A stretch of DNA of 64,000 bases from Balanoglossus misakiensis (GCA_040954595.2 CM082581.2:14499350-14563349); one strand, 5' to 3'; shown: positions 51,556 to 64,000, counted from the stretch's first letter. Numbers and translations: made by a program. The notes: generated from the letters alone by a model not told the origin.

Positions 51556-53016
51556 GGGCGCATTCGATTTGCACGATCATGATTGTGATTGGCGTGACGT
51601 CATTGATGAAAGCGAGGCTGTAAACAAAACGGAATAGCATAATCATGTTTACATGTAATGGCTGCCATCAGCGTCGGTGGGTACTTTTACGATTAAAATG
51701 TTTGAAAATACTCAATTTTTGTTAGACAAAAACAAACTGACAAACAAAACAGTTATCGAAATTTTTTTTATCCATGGTAAAAACGAAGTATAACATAAAT
51801 AAAATATAGCACTTATAATTCAACTTGCGTCTAACAACTTAAAATATCGCAATACAAGTCAAACTCTGCTCTTGGGAGTTTTAAAATTACCGCCGCTTCG
51901 GTGGCTGCTGCGTCGTCCGCCATTTTTTTTAGTGTAATCACAACAATCATGATTATGATTGGGCGTATTCGAACGCGCAATCACGGGGCGCATTCGATTT
52001 GCAAGATCATGATTGTGATTGGCGTGACGTCATTGTTGAAAGCGAGGCTGTAAACAAAACGGAATAGCGTAATCATGTTTACATGTAATGGCTGCCATCA
52101 GCGTCGGTGCGTACTTTTACGATTAAAATGTTTGAAAATACTCATTTTTTGTTAGACAAAAACAAACTGACAAACAAAACAGTTATCGAAATTACCGAGC
52201 GAACTCTCCCTAAACCCAGTACAGTAGAATAAGATTGGCAGACCGCGGACTGGCGCCCTGACACTTTTTTTTGATCCATGGTAAAAACGAAGTATAATAT
52301 AAATAAAATATAGCACTTATAATTCAACTTGCGTCTAACAACTTGCCTCGCCTAAATATATCGCAATACAAGTCAAACTCTGCTCTTGGGAGTTTTTAAA
52401 ATTACCGCCGCTTCGGTGCGCGGTACCGGCTGCTGCGTCGTCCGCCATTTTTTTGTGTTTAATCACAACAATCACGCTCGGAGGCATGATTGTTGTGATT
52501 GTCAATCATGATTATGATTGGGCGTATTCGAACGCACAATCACGATCACGATTGGCCAATCACAATCATGATCGTGCAAATCGAACGCGCCCCAGTAGAA
52601 TAAGATTGGCAGACCGCGGACTGGCGCCCTGACACTTTTTTTTGATCCATGGTAAAAACGAAGTATAATATAAATAAAATATAGCACTTATAATTCAACT
52701 TGCGTCTAACAACTTGCCTCGCCTAAATATATCGCAATACAAGTCAAACTCTGCTCTTGGGAGTTTTTAAAATTACCGCCGCTTCGGTGCGCGGTACCGG
52801 CTGCTGCGTCGTCCGCCATTTTTTTGTGTTTAATCACAACAATCACGCTCGGAGGCATGATTGTTGTGATTGTCAATCATGATTATGATTGGGCGTATTC
52901 GAACGCACAATCACGATCACGATTGGCCAATCACAATCATGATCGTGCAAATCGAACGCGCAATCACGATCACGATTGGCCAATCACAATCATGATCGTG
53001 CAAATCGAACGCGCCC
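51556..53016. mobile_element. Composite stack of a ~607-bp MITE, probably PIF/Harbinger-type
   Basis: 38-bp TIRs GGGCGC(A/G)TTCGATTTGCACGATCATGATTGTGATTGGC with 1 mismatch (51556-93 vs 52979-53016), and CAG on both outer sides (51553-55, 53017-19). Copy A 51556-51985 is internally deleted and lacks the right TIR; copy B 51986-52592 is complete; half-copy C 52593-53016 carries a 53-bp terminal duplication. Confidence 0.85.
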
Positions 53017-53337
53017 CAGGTTTTAGGCCAAGATGGCGCCCGTACCTGACGGACGCTTTCCTTTTAGCGTAGCGCAGCCAGCGGTGGGAATGGGGCAAGG
53101 GACGAGACTATTTGACCTCGTGACAACCATTAACATGCAGGGAGTGACTAAATTATATATAAGCTCCAGATTTTTCCATTAACTATTTAATTGTGAATAT
53201 GTCTTTATAAAATAAATTTTCAACAAACTGCACTAGCATTAAGAATTTCGAAACAGTTGTAATATGCTCTTTTTGTGGGGCCCTCTTCTTTGTAAGTAGC
53301 CTGCAATCCCTATAGATTTCATGGAATAGTCCTATTC

Positions 53338-53490
53338 AATGGCGCGAATTTTCTAAACCAAAGTGTTACGTTTAGCTTGAAAATACTCGTTTATTTCAGT
53401 TTTTCACCGAGAATTTGTTCAGTGTGGGTGTTATGCGTTATCTTTTGCTTCACTGTAAAACAAACGGTGTATTATAATCGATTTAAAAGG
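53338..53490 (+). promoter_or_regulatory. FANCI: Probable FANCI promoter and non-coding exon 1
   Basis: E2F-type GGCGCGAA at 53341-48; strong donor AGG|gtaagt at 53490/91; next acceptor ttttcag| at 54577/78 precedes the ATG at 54631. Confidence 0.6.
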
Positions 53491-53907
53491 GTAAGTAACT
53501 ACAATTTTTGTTATTGTAAAAATGTAAGTCAGTGCACGACCTCAGGCTCAACCAATGGGATTGATTTTGGCCATCTGCTGACCATGACCGTGACGGACGT
53601 CTGATTTACATTTCTTTGATTTACATTTCATGTAGTAATTATCACATTGCGTAGGGTGGCTCTATGGATTGTTGTTTACTAATTGACTCACAACCGCGAG
53701 TAACTTTATACAATGGGCTGGTTCACACATATTTTGGGGAATCTGTTTTCAAATTTCCTGATTGGCTAGGCTCAAACAAAATGTTGCACAGCGCTCCATA
53801 GGACACGTGACTTGACATGGATCTCCACGTTCAGCTGTGAAATTATTTATAGTCTGTGGAGGATCGGACAACCAGATACTAGTAGTTTCCTCAACACTCA
53901 TCAACAC

Positions 53908-54157
53908 TGGAACCTCATAGAGTGTCTCATTCTGTCAACATAGTGTGTTAAATTTCTGTCCATATAGACCTACCCAGTCTATGCATTACTTCCTACACAC
54001 TAAAGTACTGGTGCTCTAAATAATGCAGTATATGGAACCTCATAGAGTGTCTCATTCTGTCAACATAGTGTGTTAAATTTCTGTCCATATAGACCTACCC
54101 AGTCTATGCATTACTTCCTACACACTAAAGTACTGGTGCTCTAAATAATGCAGTATA
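53908..54157. repeat. Exact-looking tandem duplication, 2 x 125 bp, in FANCI intron 1
   Basis: TGGAACCTCATAGAGTGTCTC...AAATAATGCAGTATA starts at 53908 and again at 54033. Confidence 0.92.
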
Positions 54158-54630
54158 AAAAATTAAATTTACAAGAAAATAAAGTGCTGGCTACACAAAG
54201 CTACTCTGGCCCTCTGCTGTGTTAGGGGCATCATCATACAACACTAGAGAACCAGACTGGGATATAACTAGGTTAATTTGCTTTAAAGAAAGGCATGAGC
54301 TGAACATGTTTCAACAAAGAGATGAAAAATTAAATTAAAATATTTATAACATTTTTCACCACCATGATTTGGTCCAAAACCATTGTTTTGTGTGATAAAG
54401 TTGAACCTCTATACAGGGAAATGGGGATTAAAGGGTCAAGTAAACCCATTCCGCAACCAAAAAAAAGTAACATACTGTACATGGACATAGACGATTAACA
54501 TAAGTTAGTACAGTACACCCTCCTCCTCTCACCCTCTCCTCCTAGTCACAAAGCAACTTCCATTTAATGTTTTTCAGATCACTTGCTGCCAAACAAAGGG
54601 CAAATTACCACATCAAATATTTTGTTCAAA

Positions 54631-57600
54631 ATGGATAAAGTAGACCACAAAAAGTTATTAAAACTAGCTGAAATTGGTGATACTGATAAATTGATCAGTG
54701 TTCTGAAAGAAGTTGACAGTGGACAGGTAAGATCAAAATCAATTTTACATTTTCACAGATTGATCAGCCATGAGAGTGTTGATTTTTTCACAGTATTCTT
54801 CAAGTCACTCACCAATATGGTCTGTTCAATGTTTTTCAGTGCAAAAACTGGGGGAAACAGACTGTTTCAGTTTGAGATATCTCACTGTCCTGAAGTAAAT
54901 TGAAAGGGGGATAATGTGACTGAGCATCACAGTGTTTTAGTGTAATGAGTTGATTGGAAATCAAATCATAATTTTGCATGAAGCAACTATATTCTTGTGA
55001 CTTCATATTCTGGGAAGGAGATATTGACATCAAAGGCCAGTATTTAGGCATATAATACTTGTGAATTCAAATACCAGGAAAGGGGTTGTTGATGCTATTA
55101 ACATCTTTATTTAGTGATTCTTACGCTTTTCTTCCACCCCAGTTGATTGATACATTTGAGAGTTATGCAGTGCGTGGTAAAGGAGATCCCATAGCCCTAC
55201 TCAGAGCCATAATGTTAGGCTCACCGTCAATCACCACACAGGGCGTAGGTCACAGACATGGAATTTATACCAAAGCGATCAAGCTGTTATCTGGCAGCAA
55301 CCTGAGTAACAACACGGCTTCTGAAATGGTTGGAGTACTTTTGATGGAGGTATATGTCTCTTTTTGGTAATTACAGTTGTGTAAATTTAGTTCTGGTGTT
55401 CTGTTTAAACTTATCACTATGTGATAAAAATGTCCTGCTCAATGTAATTTTAACTGTTGTTCTGTGATAAACCATCAACATTTCTATTCTTATAGGCAGA
55501 TTCTTTCAGTGGTAAAAGTTTAGCTGAATTGGCTAATCTCTATGTAGACGGCATCAAGACTGGGGAAATCAACAATGGCAAGTAAGTTATGCCAGTGACT
55601 GGGTTACTCTCTGTTATGAAAGTAAAGTTCAGGAAAATAAAAAGAGACACATAGAATAAGATTGTTGAAATTGGAGGTTTGCCCACAGGGGTGAAAATCA
55701 GACAATAAAAAGTAGAAGAAAGAAACACAGGTAGATCAAAAGAAGTACCATTGAGAAAGTGCTTTTTGTAAAGGGATGTTGAAGAAACCTTTTTATGTCA
55801 ACTCACATACTGCAATCCCCTAGTGAGTTTTATTTGACATTTCTGGCTCAGTTTAATTAAGAGAGGCTGTTTGTTTCACTTCACAGGGCATTTGAACTGT
55901 TTCCCAAGCTTCTATCAGCACTTGCTGCCAAGGAAGCCATTGCCTATGGCAACAATGAAATGACAGGTGGAGATTACAAGAGTCATGTGTTGAACACCCT
56001 CTGTTCCAGCAAGTAAGTGGACCTGTCTTGAACTTTGACCACACTGGACGTGTACTTGTTGTACATAAAATATATGTTGACAAGAAATGTGTAATAGTTC
56101 AACTTACATGACTATCCAGATCAACAGAACTTTATACACTTGTAAGTAATTTGTAAATATTCAGAATAATGACAAAAGATGTGGAATCTTTCATGTCCCT
56201 TTTAATGGCAAAACTACATTTCTTCACAGGTGGAGTTCTGACTGTGTAATCCATCTTGCTGCTATGTTTAGGTATGTATTAAAGAAGTATAAGTATAAGT
56301 ATAGGTCTGGCAGAGTCTGCCAGTGTGTTTATGACAATTTGTTTTGAATAAAAGAGGGTGTGGCTTATCTATGATGTGTAATCAGTACATGCACTTTTAA
56401 TGGTAATAGAGTTTCAACATTATGTTTCCAGGGATATCCCTCTCACGAATGAAGAACTCAAGTTTGTGATACACAAGATTTTAAGGATGTTCAAAACAAT
56501 GGACCTGCAGGAATTGCCTCCACTTGTGTATCAACTTCTACTGCTTTCTACAAAGGTAAGTGTCAACCCCAACTTTGGTCAAATGCGGAAGTCCTCATTT
56601 GTGCTTTCAAACTTAGTTCATTTCATGGGTTCACAAGTCATCTTATTCTTTATACATATACAGGGACATAAAAGACTGGTTCTAGAGGGCATATCGGATT
56701 TCTTCAATGAACAGGATTCTGTATGCAGAGAAAAAAACAAAGATCAAAGGTGAATGATGTTTTGACAAAGTTGCTGAAAAGTTTTTGTGTGTTTTTTTAA
56801 TTTAAGCGTGCAAGTCACTTGTGCACTACTCAACTGGCTTGTGCGCTTAGCATGATATTACTACCGTATATCTTGTCACTAAATACAATGACTTCCTTCT
56901 TTTCTTCACCGTATTTCTCATGATCCTCTCACAGTGATGACTTGTCAATAATGTCCACTGAACAGCTGAGACACATGGAAGGTACTATTATCTTACACAT
57001 AACATTTGCCATCAAGCAAGACCAAGAACTTGGAAGAGAATTCATCAAATATCTCAAGGTAAACTCGGAATAAAACATAATACATGTACATGTATCTTGT
57101 AACCACTAGAACTTTCACATACCTGAGTGCTATAGCCAAAATTCAGTTGCTGTCCCATTCTGATTCTGATACATTACTAACTTGTTCATTTTTTCCTCAG
57201 ACTGGTCAACAGGGCTCCACAGCCAAAATCTTAACAGCATTCATCGTAGCTTTAGCATTGTCCATAGCTCGGATACACAGGTTTGAGGAATCTGTAAGTA
57301 TGGATGAATATTTTGTAAAGTTCTGTCGAAAGTATAAAGTGAACATCACCATGTGCGGTAGTTGTATGATGTCCTGTATAGTGAATGTTGTATATGTCTT
57401 TGAACATGGTCTCATGATTTCATTGGCAGTCTTATGTGAAGACCAGTACCCAGGGATATGTTCCCATGATTAATGCATCATAATTGCAAGGATTCCACTT
57501 GGTATTATTAGTGGGTAGCAAAAGTGTTCCGTGGGTTCCCAAAATAAAAAACAATGTTCTCTAACCTTAGCAAAAACACTTATAGACAGATGATAAGCAA

Positions 57601-60600
57601 TGATTTGTGAATTACCGTGGAGAATTTGTGATAATCTGTATCTTACTTTGTCTTTCTAGATGTTTGAATTCTTAAAAGCATCAATAATCAAGAGTTTCAA
57701 AGATGCAGAGAAGAATAAGTCATCCAAATGGACAGAAGGTACTTAAGATGCTTGTTCTGATCTAGAGAGTGACGAGACCAATGCTTGTAAACCTGATGAG
57801 CTCCATATTTATCATTATTATGCTTAATTTCCTTCTTTTCTAATTCGTTCAGAGTTAGTACCTGAATCTTTCATGGTAACAGGGCAAATACTTGAAGCTG
57901 TTCAGAACAGGTTAGTTTTTTAGACTGAATAACAGTCCTCTTTTCCAGGAAATCCTGTACTACACGTGTACATGTATATATGGTATGTTTACCACTGCAT
58001 GCACTGTGAGATCATTGTTTGAAATGAACAAACTCATGTCCATATAATTTGCTTAGTTCATTATTGATATTTTCATTCCTATCACTAGTTTGTATGGTTG
58101 GGACCATGTGACCCAAGGCTTGGTACAGCTTGGTTTTATTCTAATGGACTCTTTCGGACCAAAAGCTGGACCTTTCGGTAAAAGTGCAGGTGAGTTGATC
58201 TTTAATATTTAAAGGCAGACATGCACAATGCCCCTGATTTTTCGCTTCTGATTAACTTACAGGCCTCAGACAAAGAGTATCACTTGTCCCTCTAGATAAG
58301 CCCTGGGCACTGTATCTGCCCCTTTAAATAATAACATTTTTACAGACTTATTTGGACAATATCTCTTCACCATGTACATATATTAAATTTGACTCTTCTC
58401 AGAAAGCAGCTCCCACATCAAGACTCCCAGCCAGCAAGCCTGTGACTTGGGAAGTAAAGTCCTGCTGGAGACTTTCAAAGTTCATGAAATGGTCAGATCC
58501 GAGATTTTGGAACAGATACTGAACAGAGTGGTCACCAAGACAACTGCTCCTGTCAGTCATTACATTGGTAAGGTTACCATGGAGATAGTATAATGAGTTA
58601 GTACATCATTATAAAATATTTGGAAATTATGTCTGTACATAGTGTGTGTGTCTTGTGATTAACAGGTCAGCAGAAAACGTAAATAAAACTTCTCATCATG
58701 CAGTTGTTTACATGTAGCAAAATATATAAATTTATGTAAAAATGTACATACTTTGTAATAACAAATTATTTGGGTTACAGATTTGCTGTCAAATACCACC
58801 AGCTCAGCACCACAGATTCTCTTAGATTCCTTACCAAAAGTACGCGAGGCCTTCGATTACCTGACCTTCCTACCAACCAGTTCTTCAGAAGGCTTGCTGA
58901 GAGCTCTACAACCGCTGATGAAGATCAGTATGACATTAAAGGACTCCTTGATGTTGGTTCTGAGAAAGGCAATGTTTTCAAGGTACAGTGTGTGTTTCTT
59001 TGACGTTTTGCAAATGCAAGAAAGTAACCAGTGACTTCTAACTGGGGCTAGAAGTCAAAGTTGGTATGTCAGTATGTTTGGAGTGTTTCTGGAAAGTTTA
59101 ATCTTGGAAAGGAGTAATCCAGTGGTATTGTTGTGATGTGTCAAATGTTACAGTTAACGTGAAGAATGTAATTTTGAAATACATGTACAAAATGTCACCT
59201 TAGCAGAAACAAAATAATTATTTTAGAATCCTTTATTCATGCTTCTTTATTGCTTGACAAGTCCATAGGCACTGGCAACCATTCCTAGATATTGTTGTAC
59301 TTGGCAAGAGAGTGCACATTTTGCTAATCTTACCACAGTCAGCACAGACATCAGAGGAATGAATAATTTTTTTTCCAGACAGAGAGATGCCCGTAAGATT
59401 GCAGTGACAGGATTCCTGAAGATCCTGAAACATTTCAAAGTTTTTGGAGGTCTACCAGCTAGTCAGTCAAGCCAGGCTTACAGCTCCAGCAGTCAGGTAA
59501 AAAAAAACGTGTAAAACTATTCTCTCCCAGTGCATGCCCCACCCTGCAGAGTTGTTTATTCTGTGAATTCACTATTGCATCTGTGTTCAGAAGAAGAGTC
59601 ATTCTTGGATTCTTGGATATCCACCAGAAATTGCTGCTTCAAGGTATTCTCAACGGTTGTCAAGTTGTAAACACAAGATTTTAGTCAGTATTATGACCAA
59701 AGTGCAAGTTTGAAGTCTTGTTAAGGTTGGTTTAACCATCAGATTTAAGGGTGAAAATTTCAAAAAAAATCTGAGATGTACCAGCCAGACTATATTGTGA
59801 TGTGTTCCTTTAACTTCCTCTTTCTCCATCCCTATGTCTTAGATTCAGGTTGATGTACATTCACGTCACAATCCTGCCAGTAATGAGGCATTGTGTCTTG
59901 AAATCCTCGGCAATCTTAGAAGATGTTTTGGCCAGCAGGCCGATGTCAGACTGATACTCTATGAAGTAAGCCGAGTTTCAACTTTATGTATTAATAACCA
60001 GTGCAAGACCATTCAGTTTTGCTGGATCAGAATTTTATTTCAACCTTCCAATACCAACAAGCTTTACAGTCAGAAATATAACTGAAGATGAAGTTAAAGG
60101 AAGTGAAAGTTTTCTGTTACAAAAGAGAAAGGTTGCGGGAACGTTTAATTCCTCTCTCCCACATGTAGCTGGTTATATTTGCCCCAAAGATGAGTTTTAG
60201 ATTTCATTTTTATTGAAAGCTAATTCCTAGGTGGTAGGGTTTTTAAATGTTGTTAAAAAAATACTTCACTGCAAGAGGAAAATGTGCCACTGTGCAACTT
60301 GTGTGCAAATAAAAATAAGTCTTACCAATAAAACTGCTGATTGTATAAAAAAACCTAAGCTGATGTTGCTGTTAACTTCTAGGGTCTGTATAAAGTTCTG
60401 AAGAAGAATTCCCAACTGAAGACCACAATCTTGGAGATGTTACTTTCTCATTTGAAGACATACTATGAGTCCAGTACAGATGTGAATCCTCCAGTCTTAT
60501 TGGAGCCCTGTATCACAGCCCAGGGTGAACAAGTATTCCTAACTGAGCCATTGGTAAGATGTTTATTCATAAACTTCCTTGCATGAGTAATGAACATAGA

Positions 60601-63600
60601 AACAAGTGGCTGATAAATAAAAACTGCATTATATATCTGTACAAGTTATTTTGGAATTGTTCACATATTCCAAAAATTAGCCTATATACATACCCAAGTT
60701 CATGGAAAAATCTATCTTGCTTGACTAAACAGTAGGGAAGTTTCTGAAATAGTAATATAGTGACAAACTCGCAGACCGCACATTATTGGCAATTTAAGGC
60801 AAACTTCATCTTGCCATCCATCCGTTGTTACAGGCCCACCTACTGTGCTGTATCACTCAGTCTCTGATGTGGCTTGATCAGAGATCCAGCACAGACGATG
60901 ACGATCGCGACGATGATGAGACTAGCGTACAGGGAGAACTTGAAGAGATGGTGGAATCAATCACACGGAGAATGATCAAGAGTGAAATGGAAGATTTTGA
61001 ACTGGTCAGTTTTATTATGTGTTGTTGACACAGACGCTTTCCTTTATATTTACAAACAGATCAATGGGTATTATATGTGTGTACTTGACAAAATATTACC
61101 CAATAGATGAATGTGCGAGAACAAATGAAAAGAATGATGATGGTAGTGGTGATGGATAGTTGCAATTCAGTTATTTGACCTAGAGTAAGAAATCATCGTT
61201 TTGTAAAGAATACAAAAGAAAACAATTCTGTTAATATGATTCTGGTAGGATGACAATAGCATTTAATTTTAAGGCATCTAACTGCCATTGACATAGATGC
61301 TTGTTTCTTTCCAGGACAAATCTGCAGATTTCTCTCTTGGCAGTGGTGTTGGCATCAAAAACAACATATTTGCAATTGTTGTGATGGGTGTTTATGAAGT
61401 GCTGATGGAGTATCAGTTTACTGGTGCTGACTTCAGGTAAAATGCATGTCATGTGAAAGTATATTTCAAAATTGTTGTATTTAAATTAAAATATTTTGAC
61501 ACTCCTTATTTAGCATGTTCCTGAGCTGTATGGGACATGCTACAAACGCTAGCTTTGTCCAATCTACAAACTTTTAAGGGGTGTTATTATTACTTGGAAG
61601 TATAGTATTAGTTATTTATCTTTTCTGAAAGACTTTACTGTTTATGGCAATATTTAGTGAGATTGTTGGACTTTTGGTGCAAGTTGTATAAACCGGCCTT
61701 CCTGCATGAACTATTCTACATCATTTTCTTAAATGGAAGAATTTCACTGTTGTCAAAAAGGAGATAATACCAAATTGTGGTGTTAAGAGAATCATCAAAC
61801 TGTTATGTTTTCACTTGCTTTCATCTGTTGTCGTTCACTTCAGCCCTTCTAGCTGTGAGGAAGTGCTGAATCTGTTCCTCAATTACAACAAGTTGTCCGA
61901 GATTTTGAAGGAGAAGGCAAACTCGGCTGCTGGGAAGAAAGGAAGAGGCACAGCTGGTAGCCACAACAAGACAGCCAGAAGTCTGTTGTCGATCGAGTTT
62001 GTCACTACTATGCTGAGAGCTCTTGTCTGGTAAGTAATATGCACACACACACACACATATTGTCACCGTTGTGGACAAAATTTCTGGAATATCAGTTCTG
62101 CTTATGTCTCTGTTCTGGAAAAATCAGGATTTGTTGCCTCCTGGAAAAGTCCTGGAATCTTTAGTGATTTTAAACAGATCAACATTGCAAAAAATTATTA
62201 TCTAAACTGAATGAAAAGTTCCAATGTTCATAGGTTTACTGCATACATGTAGTTATCTTACTGCATACATATCATGGAATTTTCGCCTAATGCAGCGATG
62301 ACATTCCAAGTCATCAAGAAAGTTTGAAATCCCTAAGAGAAGACCATGATTTCATTCGTTACATTGTGAACGTGTCACTGCAGAAGATCCAACAAGTCCA
62401 GGAAAAGGGACAGTGTGACGGACCAGATGGCAGCGACAGAGATAAGATCTACAAATACTGCACTACCATGGCCAGGTAATCAAGTGGGTCTTTAAAAAAT
62501 TTTCTATCAAGGGTATATCACTCTAACAGACTAGCGATACAAAACTGCAGCAGTCATATGTCCATGCATTGGAACGAAAGGCTTCATCCTGACAGAAGAA
62601 ACATTTTTCCTTCATTGAAAAATACTGTAAAAGATTAAACTTTATTTTCAGAGTGATGTTAAAGAAATACTCTGCAGATGCTTATGCACCAGACGAACAT
62701 GCCAAAAAAGAAAAGGTAAGTATACATGTAGATGGTTTCATCACACATTCCAGGCATTGATGCAAAGATTATGCCTCTTTATGCACTCTATAAATTCTGG
62801 AATCTTTGTATTGAGGTCACTCATTAAGATTTCTTCATCTTTCTAGGGCAAGGCACTATCTTCACTCTGCCTCGACGGAGTCCATAATGTCATCAACATC
62901 ATGTGCAGTCGATATCAGAATAGAGTTTTTGATTTCCTACAACGACTAAACATTGACGAAGATACAAGTGGAATAGAAGACATAGATGAACAGGACATCG
63001 TACATCAATACATCAAACAGTTCCAGGTTTGTCCATGAACACATTCCATAGATATCTATAAAATTCTATAGCCGATATAATTTGTATGCAAGTATATAGA
63101 ATTTCAATGAATGTTTATAGATTCTATGTTTTAAACCATATTTCTATTAAATTCTATAGAAATGATAAAATCTATAGATTGCTATAGAATTCTATAGAAC
63201 GCTTTTTTTTTAGGGGATGTGTGATTTCCTTCTTGAGAAAAAGCCCCAGTAACTCCAACTTTGGGTTCTTTTCTCAATATTTTTGTTTTGGGTATTACTG
63301 TTGTTTCTTGTTCTACTCTGTAAAACAACAAGAATTGCTCAGCATTTGATTTTCCAACACAGCCCTTTTTTTTAGTGATCAGCGTTTTTATTGTTGAAAA
63401 TTGAATTGGAGTCAAGGCTTGAATTCATTTGAAAAACAACAACAACAACAACGGCTGTTACTCATATACACTACAGGCTTTGTTGAGAAGCTAAAGATAT
63501 CTATTGATGCCTGTAGAAACTTTTTCTCATAAGGGTTGTTTTGATTTCTTCTACAGAGATTAACCATGAATATCTTGAATGCAACGGACGACCAGGATGT

Positions 63601-63959
63601 GAGCACTAAGGATGCCGTTCAGCTCTGTCACATCATTTCAGTGCTGGCCAAGTATCTCAGTACCACTGGACAACAGGTATCACACATGCAACCTTTCACC
63701 CCTCTTTTCTACCACATGTAGAATGTGTGATCAACAGTGTGGAATATTAAAAAGTCGATTCAACACTCGTAAACTAGGAAGCATTGTATGACGTGAGCAC
63801 TGATTTTTGTCTACTATTTGCTAGAGTGACATTACATGTACTATCACACTTTAAGAATAGCGTGATTCTTGACTGAAAATCCTCATTTTTCCATTTCTCA
63901 TGTTCAGTTTGTCAAGTTGCACTCCTGGGTGACCAAGATCTGCAAAGAACAAAATCTAG
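54631..63959 (+). CDS. FANCI: Fanconi anemia group I protein; 3'-partial, 25 coding exons, ~1025 aa in window
   Basis: Phase-consistent exons: 54631-54726, 55143-55349, 55496-55581, 55887-56012, 56230-56271, 56432-56555, 56664-56749, 56935-57058, 57201-57293, 57660-57738, 57853-57910, 58089-58189, 58403-58567, 58781-58982, 59379-59496, 59843-59965, 60383-60553, 60834-61004, 61315-61436, 61844-62029, 62296-62475, 62652-62715, 62847-63026, 63557-63676, 63908-63959. Signatures: [101 protein letters not shown]. Confidence 0.97.
63046..63200. repeat. Degenerate AT-rich repeat built from CTATAG/GAATTC palindromic words
   Basis: Repeated ctata/tatag/aattc words, ending in the perfect palindrome CTATAGAATTCTATAG (63182-63197). 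Confidence 0.55.
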
Positions 63960-64000
63960 GTAAGAACATGGATGAGCTGTATGCCAAGAGTAGTTGATGT

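Noticed and set aside
51556-53016. CRISPR-like or multicopy ncRNA array
   Set aside because: Eukaryotic context, no unique spacers, no cas genes; TIRs and a target duplication explain it as a MITE stack.
63677-63685. Donor GTATCAC as a possible U12 intron
   Set aside because: Does not match GTATCCTT and no U12 branch site is evident; treated as U2.

Overview
Animal (invertebrate-like) genomic DNA, AT-rich and CpG-depleted, with GT-AG introns; the species cannot be fixed from sequence. The six-frame ORF track is mostly noise, so gene models were built by hand from splice sites and reading-frame phase. Contents: (1) a KDM3-family, JMJD1C-like histone H3K9 demethylase on +, with 20 coding exons at 14562-44887 (2850 codons here); exon 1 lies upstream of the window. 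(2) A compact securin (PTTG1-like) gene on - at 48810-50543 (239 aa), largely missed by the ORF track. (3) tRNA-Trp(CCA) on - at 51243-51314. (4) The 5' ~1025 codons of FANCI on + (54631 to beyond 63959), head-to-head with securin. Mobile DNA: a 1189-bp non-autonomous pogo/Tigger-type element (19367-20555) and a rearranged Harbinger-like MITE stack (51556-53016) between the securin/tRNA and FANCI promoters. I see no evidence for a wholly new multi-gene system. The best leads are a Tondu/Vestigial-like TEAD-binding motif and CtBP-type motifs in the demethylase, a probable internal first exon (MPPR) giving a short isoform, a securin with two D-boxes and a Cut2-like DVEYMP motif, and the self-targeted MITE stack inside a divergent cell-cycle promoter region.
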